Assembly (NCBI GenBank): GCA_951406725.2
Contig: OX597825.1
Coordinates: 41,602,001 to 41,666,000 of the forward strand
Direction: 5' to 3'
DNA length: 64,000 nt
DNA from: Octopus vulgaris
Taxonomy: Eukaryota
In this document: positions 12,819 through 25,391 of the stretch, piece after piece
Numbering within the stretch: position 1 is the first letter of the stretch
Layout of the letters: the number at the start of each line of letters is the position of its first letter
Translations under genes and position numbers: made by a program
The notes under the pieces: generated by a model
The model's database searches: none
Told to the model about the DNA's origin: nothing
Seen by the model: the letters and a program-made list of their open reading frames with translations, nothing else

Positions 12819-14074
12819 CGGGGTTTGGACAAATTAATGGAAGCACCTTAAAATTTCAAACAAATTTATTTTAATATGGGTAGAACCACCTTGGTAGTAA
12901 TTACAGTTTAAATTCTACTCTATGAGGTATGGTCTCGTACAAAGTTTAAATTGTTTCTGATGGAATTTTTGTCCATTGTTCAGCTAAAACTGTCTCCAGT
13001 TCTTGTAGTGATGACAGTGAATGATATCGACTCCTTATTTGTTTTTCTAAAATGCACCATAAATGTTCAATGATATTGAGAACTGGGGACTGTGGTTGCA
13101 GGATAAGATGTTCAACGTCACTAGAATGTTCCTCGTACCATTCAGTAACAACTTTAGCTGTGTGAATTGGTGCATTATTATCTTGAAAGATCGTGTTTCC
13201 CTATGGAAACAGTTCTGAAACCACAGGATGAATTTGATCAGATAAAATGCTTACATAGTCTGAACTATGCCATGAAGGGAAATCATTAGGCTGGCAGATT
13301 TCCAAGATATAGCCCCCTGCCCCAGATCATCACAGATCCTCCACCATGTTTAACAGTTGGAAGAAGGCAGTCTGGGTCAAATGCTTCTCTTGGCTGTCTC
13401 CACACGTATACTCAACCGGTGTTCGGAAATAAGGTAAAGGATGACTCATCTGAGAAAATAGCATTCTTCCACTGCTCTAGGGACCAATTCTGTAGGTTCT
13501 TACTTCACTCTAAATGCTTTGCAATGTTTGTTTTTGAAAGTAGTAGTTTTCTGATTGCAGCCCTCTCATGAAATCTGACTTTGTGCAGCCCCCGGAGAAC
13601 AGTTTTTGTGGAAACTGGGTTCTCGGGGTGGTCATGAAGCTCTGCAGTAATTTTGGGATCTGTACTTTTGTGATCCTTTCTAACATTATGTGTAAGAGTC
13701 TGACGGTCCCTATCTGAAAGTTTTGGTTTTCTTCTGGAGTTTTGTTTCGACAAGGAGGTTTATCCCTCTTTCTCAAAGGCTGTCATTACTTTCAAGTCAG
13801 TACTTCTTGATACACGAAACATTTCAACTGTTTTCATTATGCTAGCGCCTGCCATACAAGCACTAACAATTTGACTTCTTTGAAAGTCCGATAGATCTGC
13901 CACTTAATGAATTTTAATTACCTTTTTCTGATCATATCTGAATAGAAACAGCAATTTTAGCAAAACATATTAAGCAACACTAATAATAAATCAAAAAGCA
14001 TAAAAATAAACAAGATTTTGATGGTTTTATAAATATTTCAAAATTAGTGTTTCCATTATTTTGTCCAACCCCTG
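12819..14074 (-). mobile_element. Full-length but inactivated Tc1-family (DD34E-type) transposon
   Basis: TIRs 'cggggtttggacaaattaatggaagcac' / 'gtgtttccattattttgtccaacccctg', TA TSDs; motifs [47 protein letters not shown]; stops and frameshifts. Confidence 0.95.
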
Positions 14075-14200
<126 letters not shown>

Positions 14201-14921
14201 ATAAATGCACATATACACACATATAACCTTTGTTGCTTTTCGTTTTTGTGTAAGAGTTATTTACTTTATTTTTGCACTACAGTATACTTTGAAACAAGGT
14301 ATGCTAAAATTAATAATGATTAATGATTCATTATTATTCATTAAGTTTTCCATATAATTTTTTCAAAGCTTAAATTTATTCATTATAACATATAATAAAA
14401 CTAAATGACAGAAAATTAATTAATAGTTAATTAGTTAATCTTCACAGTAAAGTTATCAAAAATAACTCTAATATTAATGTTGAAGATTCAATAGATGTCC
14501 ACTTATACAGTGCTGCACAAACACTGAGGTAAATGCATTGTTTTAAAAGGTGGGAAAATGCCTTAAAGGTTATCCCAGATGAGCATATGAAGCCATAAGT
14601 GTAGAGATAGTCTTTTCTGATAGAAGTGTCAAGTCACATTTGTTTAAATGATCTTTCATTATGCTGGATTTTTATTATGGGTTGAGTTGTTACAATATGT
14701 CTACAGCATCTATAGATAGTTATTAGCAATGTGACAGCATTCTCAATAATTCAAGCTTATAAACTGCCAATAACACCATTGGTAAGTGTTGTCCATCTCA
14801 AATGTCACAGTGAATGAACTGTTTTGTTAGTAGTCAGTGCTGAGTACAAACCCTTTCTTCAGTTGAAGATGCATACTTAGTGTGTCTACTTAAAACAAGA
14901 TCTATTTTAACCATCTTATAC

Positions 14922-15112
14922 TGTTATGGGGATAATAGTAATAATGGAACACCACTCTCATGTGATGAGTGGTATGTGATAGTGGTTATAAATACTCTGA
15001 TGTAGAAGTCGAGTGGAGTGTCAGTTGAGATAGTCATGTCTTACTTGTCTAACTACTATACCGAAATGAGCATTATAATAGTCCAACATTGGATTACAAC
15101 AGTGGCAATGAA
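14922..15112 (+). promoter_or_regulatory. Putative 5' LTR (14922-15101) and PBS of a gypsy element
   Basis: TGTT...AACA termini, TATAAAT at ~14987, TCAGTT Inr-like at 15021, 'TGGCAATGA' PBS-like directly after, gag ~100 bp downstream. Confidence 0.65.
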
Positions 15113-15210
15113 GAATTAACAAACGCATGAGGATTAAACAAACTCACAAGGAGTTATGAAACTCATGAAAGTTTTTGTGCAAATTTTATGGTATACAAAA
15201 TCATAAAATT

Positions 15211-17240
15211 ATGGAAGATTTGTTGGCCGGTTTGGTCAAGTTTCAAAGACAGCAACAACAACAACAATTACTATTACAGCAAAAAATGCTACAATTAATG
15301 AATAGTAAGTCATCAAAAAATGCTACAAAGTTGTTCTCACCAGATTATGTTGCAAACTCAATAACAAAATTTAAGTATGAACCAGACGAAGGAGTTACCT
15401 TCGAGGAGTACTATAGAAAATACAAACAAATCTTCAATAAAGAATGCAAATTTTGGAATGATGATATAAAAATGTGTCTAATCTTAAGAAAACTGGCAAC
15501 AGGAAAACATGAGCTTTACAGCAATTATGTATTCCCCCCAAAAAACACCTGACATAAACTTTAAAAATACAATAGACAGATTGTGTAAAATTTTTAGTGA
15601 GAAAAGCTTGTTCAATACATGCTGGAAATATTTAAATGTAGAAAAGAATGAGGACTACATCATATATGCTGGTAGAGTTAACAGAGAATGGTTCAAGTTG
15701 GACAGATTAATGCCAGACATGTTTAAGTGCCTGATATTTATTCAGGGGCTAACTGCAGAGAAAGATGCAGAAGTAAGATTCAAAATTCTTGCTAAGATGG
15801 AACAAAACCAAGCTGTAACCTAACAAGTGTCAGAAGAGTGTAAAAGAATAGTAAATTTTAAATACAAATCAGAGAAAATTGAACAAGAAGAGTGCTCCCA
15901 AGTAAAACAAGTGCAAAACAGGCAGAATAGAAATCAAGTGTGTACTAAAATACAGTACAAACAGGACAAAATTCAGGAAACAAAACCATGTTTTGCATGT
16001 GGAGGTCTACATCTGAGAAAAAACTGCCCATTTAAGAAAGTGGAATGTTTCCATTGTGGAAAAATTGGATACATAAAAGCGCACTGTGAAACCAAAATGA
16101 CAAAACATTGGAAGAAAGAAAAAAGAGTAAACAAGATGTCATCAAAAGAAATTAGAATGTGACAAAAAGAAAATTCATAAATGTGAAAATTAAAAATATA
16201 GAATAAAAAGGCAGTTAGACACAGGAAATGATATTACCACTGTGAATGAAGAAACTTGGAAGTATATCAGTAAGCCAAAATTAAATAAATCTTCAAAAGT
16301 AGCACATGGTGTTACAGGTAAAAGAATGTGTTGCGTCGGTGAATTTGTATGTAATGTGACATGTTGTGACCAAATGAAAAAATCAAAAGTATATGTGTTA
16401 AAAATTCAGTAAATCTATTTGGCACAGAGTGGATGGAACTGTTCAAATTGTGGAATAGATGCATAAGTGTTTCATGTGAGAATATAGTCAGTTCAGTCAA
16501 AGATTCAAATGCAGCTGAGGGGCTGAAACAAAAATATAAAACATTTATTTCTAGAAATTTTCTCAGATGAACAGGTCTGCTGCATGAATACAAAGGCAAA
16601 AATTGTAGTAAAACTAAGTGAAACACCTGTATTTAAGCCAAAATGGAATGTACCACTTGCAGCACTAAAGCAGGTAAATAAGGAAATTGAAAGATTTGAA
16701 AGCCTAGGAATAATCGAGAAGATAGATCACTCAGATTGGGCAGCACCTATGGTCAATGAATACAATGCTGGGTGACTGATTTTGTTGTCACCTATTTAGA
16801 TGATATCCTAATAAAAAGCAAGTCACATGAACAACATGTAGAACATGTAAAGAAGGTATCTGAAAAGATAAGAGAATATGGTTTTAAGTTAAGTGAAGAA
16901 AATGTGAGTTCTTTCTGAAAAAAATTAAATACTTGGGCCAGATAATAAATAAAAACAGATGGAGAGACTGCGATAAAAAAATATGCCCACAATGAACAAT
17001 GATGAGATGCTACAAGCATTCTTGGGTTTAGTAAATTACTATCAAATTTACATTCCTAATATACACAATGTAAGGGCCTCACTCAATGATCTGTTAAAGA
17101 AAAATGCAAAATGGTGCTGGAGTGATAAGTGTCAGAAGGTATTTGATGAATTAAAAAACATTTTAACATTGACCTTATCATTAATGCATTTTGATCCAAA
17201 GTTGGATATTGTATTTGCTACAGATGTGAGTGATTATGCT
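15211..17240 (+). mobile_element. Decayed Ty3/gypsy (Mag-like) gag-pol, internally deleted, no integrase
   Basis: Gag FKYEPDEGVTFEEYY, double knuckle CFACGGLH..C / CFHCGKIGY...C, protease QLDTG (~16212), RT SDWAAP and YLDDILI (~16790), FLGLVNYY, RNase H start HFDPKLDIVFATDVSDY. Confidence 0.92.
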
Positions 17241-17731
17241 GAAGGAAAAAATTTTGCTCTGTTGGCACATTACTCATTTTCTCAACTTAGCAAGATATTT
17301 TCTCATTAAATCTAAGATTTTAGATATAGATACTTCTATACAGAGATATGTTTTGGCTGTTGCTGCAGTTGCTATTTTGCACCAAGTCAGCCCTGGTCAA
17401 ACAAACCTATGTTAAAAGTTATTCCAGCTTTAACCATCCTCATTTCTTCAGTAGGTTTCGAGGACTACATCATCTAATATATTCTCTTTTTTTAAGATGG
17501 TGAAGCGAGATTTGAAGTAATTTGATTGCTGATATTAGCTGAACAACCACATAGAGGCTTCCTTATCAATGGACCCTCTAGTCAATCTGGTATTTGAATC
17601 ACATATTTTTACAGATACCTGTAAAATATTGCAATGCCCAGATAAACTTCAATAGTTTCCATATATGTAACCAGGCTACTGTATATTGACAAGTGCTTCT
17701 TTAGTTTAACGATGATGATGATGATGATGAT

Positions 17732-18908
17732 CTAAGAGGTGCAGCAACATCAAAGGGAAATTAACTGATAAGATAGATTTCATGTGCGGCAGATGCACAG
17801 GGACAATAGACACCACAGATACTCAGAAAACAGATTCCATCACACTCCAGGGGGAGAAACTAGAAGTAGTTGATAGTTTCTGCTACCTGGGTGACCAATT
17901 AGTAGTGGAGGTGGATGCTCAGAGGGTGTCACCACTAGAATACGAATAGCCTGGGCAAAGTTTAGAAAGCTCCTACCCCTACTGGCGACAAAGGGTCTCT
18001 CACTCAGAGTGAAAGGTAGATTGTATGATGCCTGTGTGCGAACTACCATGCTTCACAGTAGTGAAACATGGGCTGTGACTGCAGAGGACATGCGTAGACT
18101 TGAAAGAAATGAAGCTAGCATGATCCGCTGGATGTGTAATGTCAGTGTGTGCGCACGACAGAGGGTAAGCACCCTGAGAGAAATGCTGGACATAAGAACC
18201 ATCAGATGTGGTGTGCAAGAGCAACGCTTGCGATGGTATGGTATGTACTGCGGATAGATGAGGAGAGATGTGTGAAGAAGTGCCGCTCCCAAACAGTTGA
18301 AGGTATCAGGGGGAGAGGTAGACCCAGGAAGACATGGGATGAGGTAGTTAAGCATGACCTCAAAGCGTTGGGCCTCACAGAGGCAATGACGAAGGATCGA
18401 GATCTCTGGAGATATGCTGTGACTGCAAAGACTCGGGCTGCTTCCTGCACCAGTACCGCATAGCCCCTGCCCATTCAAAGTACCTTAGATTCCAAAACAT
18501 CCCGCTGTGCTTGAGGAGACCTATTGAGTCAAGTACATGAACATCGAAATAAATATCAATGGAAATAGTAGTTGTGGTACCTGTACCGGTGGCACATAAA
18601 AAGCACCATCCGAACGTGGCCGATGCCAGCGCTGCCTCGACTGGCTTCTGTGTCAGTGGCACATTAAAAGCACCAACCGATCATGGCCGATGCCAGACTC
18701 CCCTGGCACCTGTGCCGGTGGCACGTAATAAGCACCCACTACACTCACGGAGTGGTTGGCGTTAGGAAGGGCATCCAGCTGTAGAAACACTGCCAGATCA
18801 GACTGGAGCCTGGTGTAGCCCTTGGCTTCCCAGACCCCGGTCGAACCGTCCAACCTGTGCTAGCACGGAAAACGGACGTTAAACGATGATGATGATGATG
18901 ATGATGAT
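17732..18908 (+). mobile_element. 5'-truncated RTE LINE with complete 3' UTR and (GAT)n tail
   Basis: Near-identical to 61692-62160; LEVVDSFCYLGD, KGRLYDACVR, GRGRPRKTW; (GAT)n at both ends. Confidence 0.95.
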
Positions 18909-19870
18909 TGAGTGAAAGAGCAGTGCATGTCATCAAAGTGACACTGTGATAAAATATATGAAACCCGGTATATTCATCATGACTACTCATCATTGAAAGT
19001 GCTTTGCATAGGATGTGTGTGGTACCTGTATATTTGTAAGTCCTAGTGTTTTGGCTATGCATTTGTCTGTATATTTTATAACCATGCCTAATGCACTATT
19101 ATTTTAGGGATTATTTCTGTCTTCAAGTTCCACATTCAAGTTATCTCTATTTGTATCTCAAGAGTTTCTCTGTTTCTTTTAGAGACATATGTCATCTGCT
19201 GGGACTGATATGTCAAGTAGAAGGCATTATTTTTTTAGTGATCCTTGACAACACTGTCTGGCATATTATCCTTGATCTCTTTATCTGTATGTATTGGCAT
19301 ATCCCAGAATATCTTTGCTTTCTCACTTTTTGAGACCCTTTCTGCAGTATGCTTACAGCATGTATTTTTCTATTGTCATTCCATTGTGCTGGTACAGCTT
19401 CCAGTATATATAAGTCTCAACTCTGTCATATCTGTGGATGTATTCCTTCTTGGATGGGACTGGGCAGCAAGAGAAAATATGCTTCATTGTTTCTTCCCGT
19501 CACCACATATTCTGTAGTTACTTATTTAATTTTTCCTTTTTATATGTTTTTGTTGGTTTCTGGTGGGGAAGCTTTGATCTTGTGCTACAGTTAAAACCTC
19601 TTCAGTGTCTCTGCTTTGAGACCCGAAATTCTTAACCAGTGTTGAGATTTATTTTGTCTATTTCTTTTCTGTTTAGTTTGTCCTAGTATTTGCCATATGA
19701 GGGCTTTTCTTCCTAACATTTTATTATGGTGTTCTGTAGTTCAAGTTTTAGCTTAAATTTTAGTTGCTTTACAGGTTTTGATGTTTCTTATTTCTCTTTA
19801 TTGTTGTCAGGTATTATGAACATTTCCTTATACTTTCAAAATTTCTTGAAAAGAGAAATCACTTTTTTAT

Positions 19871-19944
19871 TTTGCTCATGCTTCTTGGGTATTTGTATTA
19901 TTTTTTTTTTGCTCATGCTTCTTGGGTATTTGTATTATTTTTTG
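19871..19944. repeat. ~38-bp local tandem duplication
   Basis: 'tttgctcatgcttcttgggtatttgtattattttt' occurs twice. Confidence 0.9.
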
Positions 19945-20078
19945 TTGACTCTGACTTACATATTTCTGTAGTCCTATGGTGGATATTTTATAGTAGATTT
20001 CTTGTCATATGAAGCTTACCACCTTCAATTCATTATATACGTAACCTATCTATGTCAGATTTTTGGTGGTGTATTCTA

Positions 20079-21368
20079 CGAGGGGCGTTCAATAAATAAT
20101 GCCCCTGACCCACTTCCCATAGCAGTAGAGCAACGAAACTTGGCACAGTTATTAGTCTTTTTCTACATAGGAACCACCCAGAGTTACGCATTTCTCCCAT
20201 CGTTTGATGCGGCTCTGGAGACCGTTTTTGTAGAAGAACCCAGCTTGGTCCTCCAACCACGACGTGACTTCAGAAATCAAGGCTGCATCATCTGGGAAAC
20301 GCTTTCCTTTCAAAAACAACTTCATGATTGGGAAGAGGTAAAAATCAGAGGGTGCAAGATCAGGAAAGTAGGGGGGATGGGGAGGAGTTCATAGCCTTAC
20401 GCCTGTGCTTCTGATCTGGTGACAAGCGAGTTGTGGACCGGAGCATTGTTCTGCAGGAGGAGGATGCCTTTGCTGATCTTGCCCCGCCTCTTGATTTTGA
20501 TAACTTCTCTTAATTTCCTCAAAAGTGAAGCATAATAGGCTCCTGCAATTGTGGTACCCTTTGCCAGGAAATCTGTCATCACTACTCTGTCCTGGTCCCA
20601 GAAGACTGTGAGCATGACCTTGCCAGCGGAGGGTTGCACCCTTGCCTTCTTTGGAGGGGGTGAGTCACGGTGCTTCCACTGCATTGACTGGGCTTTGGTC
20701 TCTGGATCATCGTGATGGTCCCAGGTTTAATCCTGTGTAATCAGTCTTTTGAAAAATTTTGACTCATCTTCTTGGCACATCTCCAAATTCCCCCTCGAGC
20801 ACTCGATGCGTTCTTGCTTCTGGAAAGGTGTGAGCAGCCTGGGAATCCATATGGCAGACACCTTTTGCATATGCAAATGGTCATGAATGATAGTTTCCAC
20901 AGACCCGGTACTAATCTTGACCTCATGGGCTATTTGGCGAATAATTATGCATCGATCTTCCAAAATGGCAGCCTCAACTTGACGGACAGATGTCTCATCA
21001 ATGGCAGAAGGGGGCGACCAGATCTGGGAGCTGTTTCCACAGAGTTCCGACCATGTTTGAATTCACGATGCCAGCGTTTTACAAGGTCATATGATGGGGC
21101 ATCATCACCATAAGTTACTTTCATTTCATCAAAAGTCTCCTGTGGTGTGCGTCCTTTCAAATACAAAAACCGGATCACTGCTCGACACTCAACGGCTCCA
21201 TTTCACACTTGACTCGGTTCAAACACCTGTAAATCAGAAACCACAATTAATTTAGAGCTGTAATTTGCCATTTACTCTATAGAGATATAAATAATTGCAC
21301 ATGCAAAATTTCAGCTAGATCAAACAACTGCAAGTGGGTCAGAGGCATTACTTATTGAACGTCCCTCG
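20079..21368 (-). mobile_element. Full-length inactivated mariner (DD34D-type) transposon
   Basis: ~37-bp TIRs 'cgaggggcgttcaataaataatgcccctgacccactt' / 'aagtgggtcagaggcattacttattgaacgtccctcg', TA TSDs; WIPRLLT, SAGKVMLTVFWD, LLQNNAP, YFPDLAPSDF; frameshifts and stops. Confidence 0.97.
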
Positions 21369-23004
21369 TACTTCCATCCCAATTTTTCTTATTTTCCTAT
21401 CAAGTTTGGCTAGTTTATTTAAAGTCTAGTTAAGAATACTGTAAATACTGTAACTTATAAATGGAGCAGTAATAGAGTATTGATGTTTGTTATCTTATTT
21501 TTTGTATTGAGTTCTGTTTTAACTATTAATGTGATTTGTCTATCATATTCCTTCCTTATCTTTTCTTCATTTATGTGTGTTGCACCATATCTAGTTCATT
21601 GATTCCTTAATATTTGTATGTCTGGGTTTGGTCTAGCTCACTTATGTTATTATCCTTATCTAGTGTGATATTCCACTTTTTAAGTAGTTTTCCTCTTTTC
21701 AAGATTGCTTTAGCACATTTTTCTAGGCCTAATTTCATATTTATTATTTTGGCAAATCCATGCACTGTTTGTAGCAATGTTCTCTGCTGTTTATCATTTG
21801 CAGCATAGAGCTTGAGATATTCCATATACAAGAGATGGTTGAAGCACTCCATAGCTCCCATTCATGACAGAATTTTACTCTCCCCCCATTAAGATAGAAA
21901 GGGTTCCACCTGGGCTGGACATCTGGTGGTTGCTAGCATGTGACACTCTAAAGATCAGAAAAACTCTTCTCAAAGTGGATTGAACAGGGCGTGAGACTTA
22001 GTTGGGGACTACAGTTTAGACCTCCCTCTACATCAAATTGGAGGAGATCAAAAAAATCCTAGACCTAATACACCTGCCCAACAGTGAGAAGTTGCAGTTG
22101 TGGGCAGAAAACTGAGAGGCCACCTCTGTGATGCAGAAGGCCACTTTAAAGCATTCTACCCTCAACAAAAATCAGGCAAGAGGAGGTGTCCACAACTGAA
22201 AATACCACAGTCCCAACAACCACAGAAATGTACAGCAGTAGCAGCAATTGGATCAACAGCAGCAGTAGCAACACCAACAACAGTAGCAACAGCATAACCA
22301 ACAACAGCAACAACCCATATAACAAAAGAAGGAGTCACCACCCAGGAAAATATACCACCCAATTCTCTCTCCATTTCTTTCCTTCTCACACACAGAAATA
22401 TACTTTTTACTCCACCCACCACCTGCATCAGAACCTTATGACGAGAAAATCTCAAAATGCAAAGAAGAGGTAAATCCTAGTAAATTAAAAGGTCAAAAGA
22501 AAAGACAAAATAAAAAGACACAGTATAGTAATAAAAAGATCAACGAAGCCACAGTCACACCATACAGACAAATCCACAAAAACAATTCCACTATCACCAC
22601 TACAAACACAACAACTTCAATAAAAAAAGAAAACACACACTGGAGCAGCAGCAGTAGCAGCAGTAGACACTTTCACAAACACAACACCACTAACAAAACA
22701 CACCTGTCTTTAACTTTGTACTAATAAGAAGTACAAGCAAAATCTGCAGAAAAGGAGAACATCAAAACAGGGAGAAAACTTTCAAAGGGTCGCATAACTT
22801 GAAAATAATGGTTGGGCTTGGAGACATATAAACAATTCGAGGATTTCTCCATTCGATGTAGAAAGTCTGGATGTAATAGTCAGCAGTAAACTCATAAAGG
22901 ATCTCCCAAAGGAAAGTCAAAACCTCATGGAGGCCAAGTCACTTTGCTTTTGGGGTCACCCAATGGATAGTAATGTTTTACTTTCTCTTTGCCTTTTGAC
23001 CAAC

Positions 23005-23485
23005 ATGATGACCTTAAGAGTGTGTATCATAAATGCACATGGCCTAGGGTCACCCTGGAAGCAGAATTGCCAACTCAATATGGGAAGCAATGACAGGGTG
23101 AATGTTGAAGTCTCTAGGGCTGGATGGTATCACAATACATCATACTTGTTCAGAAGCTTCTTGACGGCTTTATACTACAACTGGCAGCAAATTTGGATAG
23201 TCCTGCAAAGAGAGGTTTGGCTGTGCTGCTGAGAAAGGATCTGAACGGGGGCAGGGGGGATTATTATAACAACTTCAGGGCCATAACTCTGCTAAATGCA
23301 AGGTTGAAGATTTTTGCCTGTGGTGTGGGCTAAGAGATTGGCATTTGTCATTGATACCCCAGTGGGTGAGGCACAGACATGTGCAATACCAGATGTGTCT
23401 AATCATGATAACCCCCATCTCACGTGATACATCATAGAAAGTGTAGGTAAAGAACCTGACATGTGTGAAGTTTTTATCAATTTAT
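23005..23485 (+). mobile_element. L1/Tx1-like ORF2 fragments (APE start plus RT N-terminal part)
   Basis: MTLRVCIINAHGLGSPWK; NFRAITLLNARLKIFA; AKRLAFVID..VGEAQTCAIP...HDN. Confidence 0.7.
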
Positions 23486-25357
23486 ACTGAACACAAAGCA
23501 ATATAAACAGGTGAGTAGGAACACTGTTCACTATTACTATAATGAAATATCTGCTTAGGAAAATAATGAAGAAAATTAAGAGGATAAAGATGAACTAAGA
23601 TCCACCATTCTTCATGAGTTACAGAAGCAGCTAACAGACACATCTTTGGTGCCTTGGACTCCCTGAAGAATTTAGAATGATATGAAATGCTAGATCCAGA
23701 ATATAAACAACATGCAAATGATAGACTGCTAGTAAAACAAAAATTTAGATAATTTATGTAATTTTAAAAAGAATACTCAAGATGTTTGATGGTTTTTAAC
23801 ATCAAATGCCTTTACTAATGCTTACTGGTACATTTAATTGCACTCAAGTACAATATGAGAAGTGATTAAGTGAACAAGCTTATCGGGGGCCCTACTCAAC
23901 CTACTCAGAAAATACTGCATGTATAATTTCTTTAAATTTCATTATGTTGTAAATATTTCGTTTTGTCTTTTTATTTATTTCCATGTTAATATGTATGTGC
24001 ACATGTATACACTAGAGTGTGGATGTGTGTACATGTATGTATATGTGTATATAAATGTGCATAAATATGAATAAGTGTTTGTATGTGTGTGTGTGTGTTC
24101 AAGTATGTATGTATGTGCATGTGCACTTTTAAAATTCTTAATAGTCCTTCCATATACTGTATGTCTTTTACCCTGATTCTTTATTGTTCATATGTTTTTT
24201 TTCACTCTGTACATTATCTCTCTTTCTGTAACTCCTTGTGAAAGTTTTGTTTTGTTTATTGTTATATATCTTTATGGCTTTGTGGCATAAAGGAGGGGTG
24301 TATAAGAGGGGTGTATTTTCAACAGTTTTATACTAGTTTCTATGGTACCTCTATTTACAGCTTGTGCTCCTAGGGTGTGTTCAGAATTGTTTTCTGAGAA
24401 TGTAGAACTATGTTTCCCACCTGAATTTTACTTTGTTACAGAATTTGTTTGCTTGTCTCAGGTTTTATTTGAGCTTTATTTGATCTGATGTAGAACATGC
24501 ATAATGTGATTTAACATCCTTTTTGTTTTGGGTTAGTGTTTGTGTTTTGTATATGCATTGTTCCAGAGAACTTAGTGTAATAACTTTGCCTTTCACTATC
24601 ATTTTATTTTTAGCACAGTGGAAAAAGAAACAGTTTATAGAATAGTGGTGGAACTAGCTTTATGTATTTACTTAATTTTTGTTTTTAGCACTTGGTTAGA
24701 CATTTAGTTTTATATAAGGCAAGAGTAATAAAATACATAAATTAGCATTTTGGTTGGACCAGAAGAACTGTAGAAGCTGCCAAAGAGACTATCCCTGTTT
24801 TAGGGTGGGGCACTTAATTTTTCTCTTCGTTTAATATCAACACCTGTCCCATGAATGTCTCCATCTTATTGCAAGCACTTGAACCAAAAATGTAGCTAAC
24901 TTCCTCTTTTCCTTCTACTTGACTCAAAGACCCTAAAAATGGCTTTAACCACTGCCCTTCCTTGTTTGGCTAAGCCATAGAAAATATAAATAACAACAGA
25001 GGGACTTGCAACCAAATGCTGAAAAGTGAACTAAATGAATATTATATTAAGTGCAATGTTTTCTATCAGTGTCAACTAAACAAGAAAAATTATTTAATAT
25101 AGATGTAATATTTTGTATTTCTGATATTATTGTATTAACGGCAATAAAAATAAGTGACACTAAAGAATCATCATAATAGACAAATATTAAATTTTCATTC
25201 TATAATTCATAGTAGATATCACATAAATTCATCATAAATTGAAAGAACTAATTGCATAAGTGAAACTTGTTTATTTAGAATAACAGTTAAGAATGTTTCT
25301 ATTCACTTAGTAGAAAGTTCATTTCTTGTTGAAATGTCTTCTCAACAAGATTATATG

Positions 25358-25358
25358 T

Positions 25359-25391
<33 letters not shown>

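Larger units (their letters stand above)
18985..21850 (-). mobile_element. Decayed R4/Dong-like (RLE-clade) non-LTR element, interrupted by mariner
   Basis: RT NHLLYMEYLKLYA / KLGLEKCAKA / YKYLG, HHQKSDIDRL next to the mariner TA, RLE-like C-terminus at 19.0-19.3 kb. Confidence 0.8.

Noticed and set aside
22100-22473. Ser/Asn/Thr-rich ORFs
   Set aside because: Degenerate (CAA/CAG)n tract with no other coding evidence.
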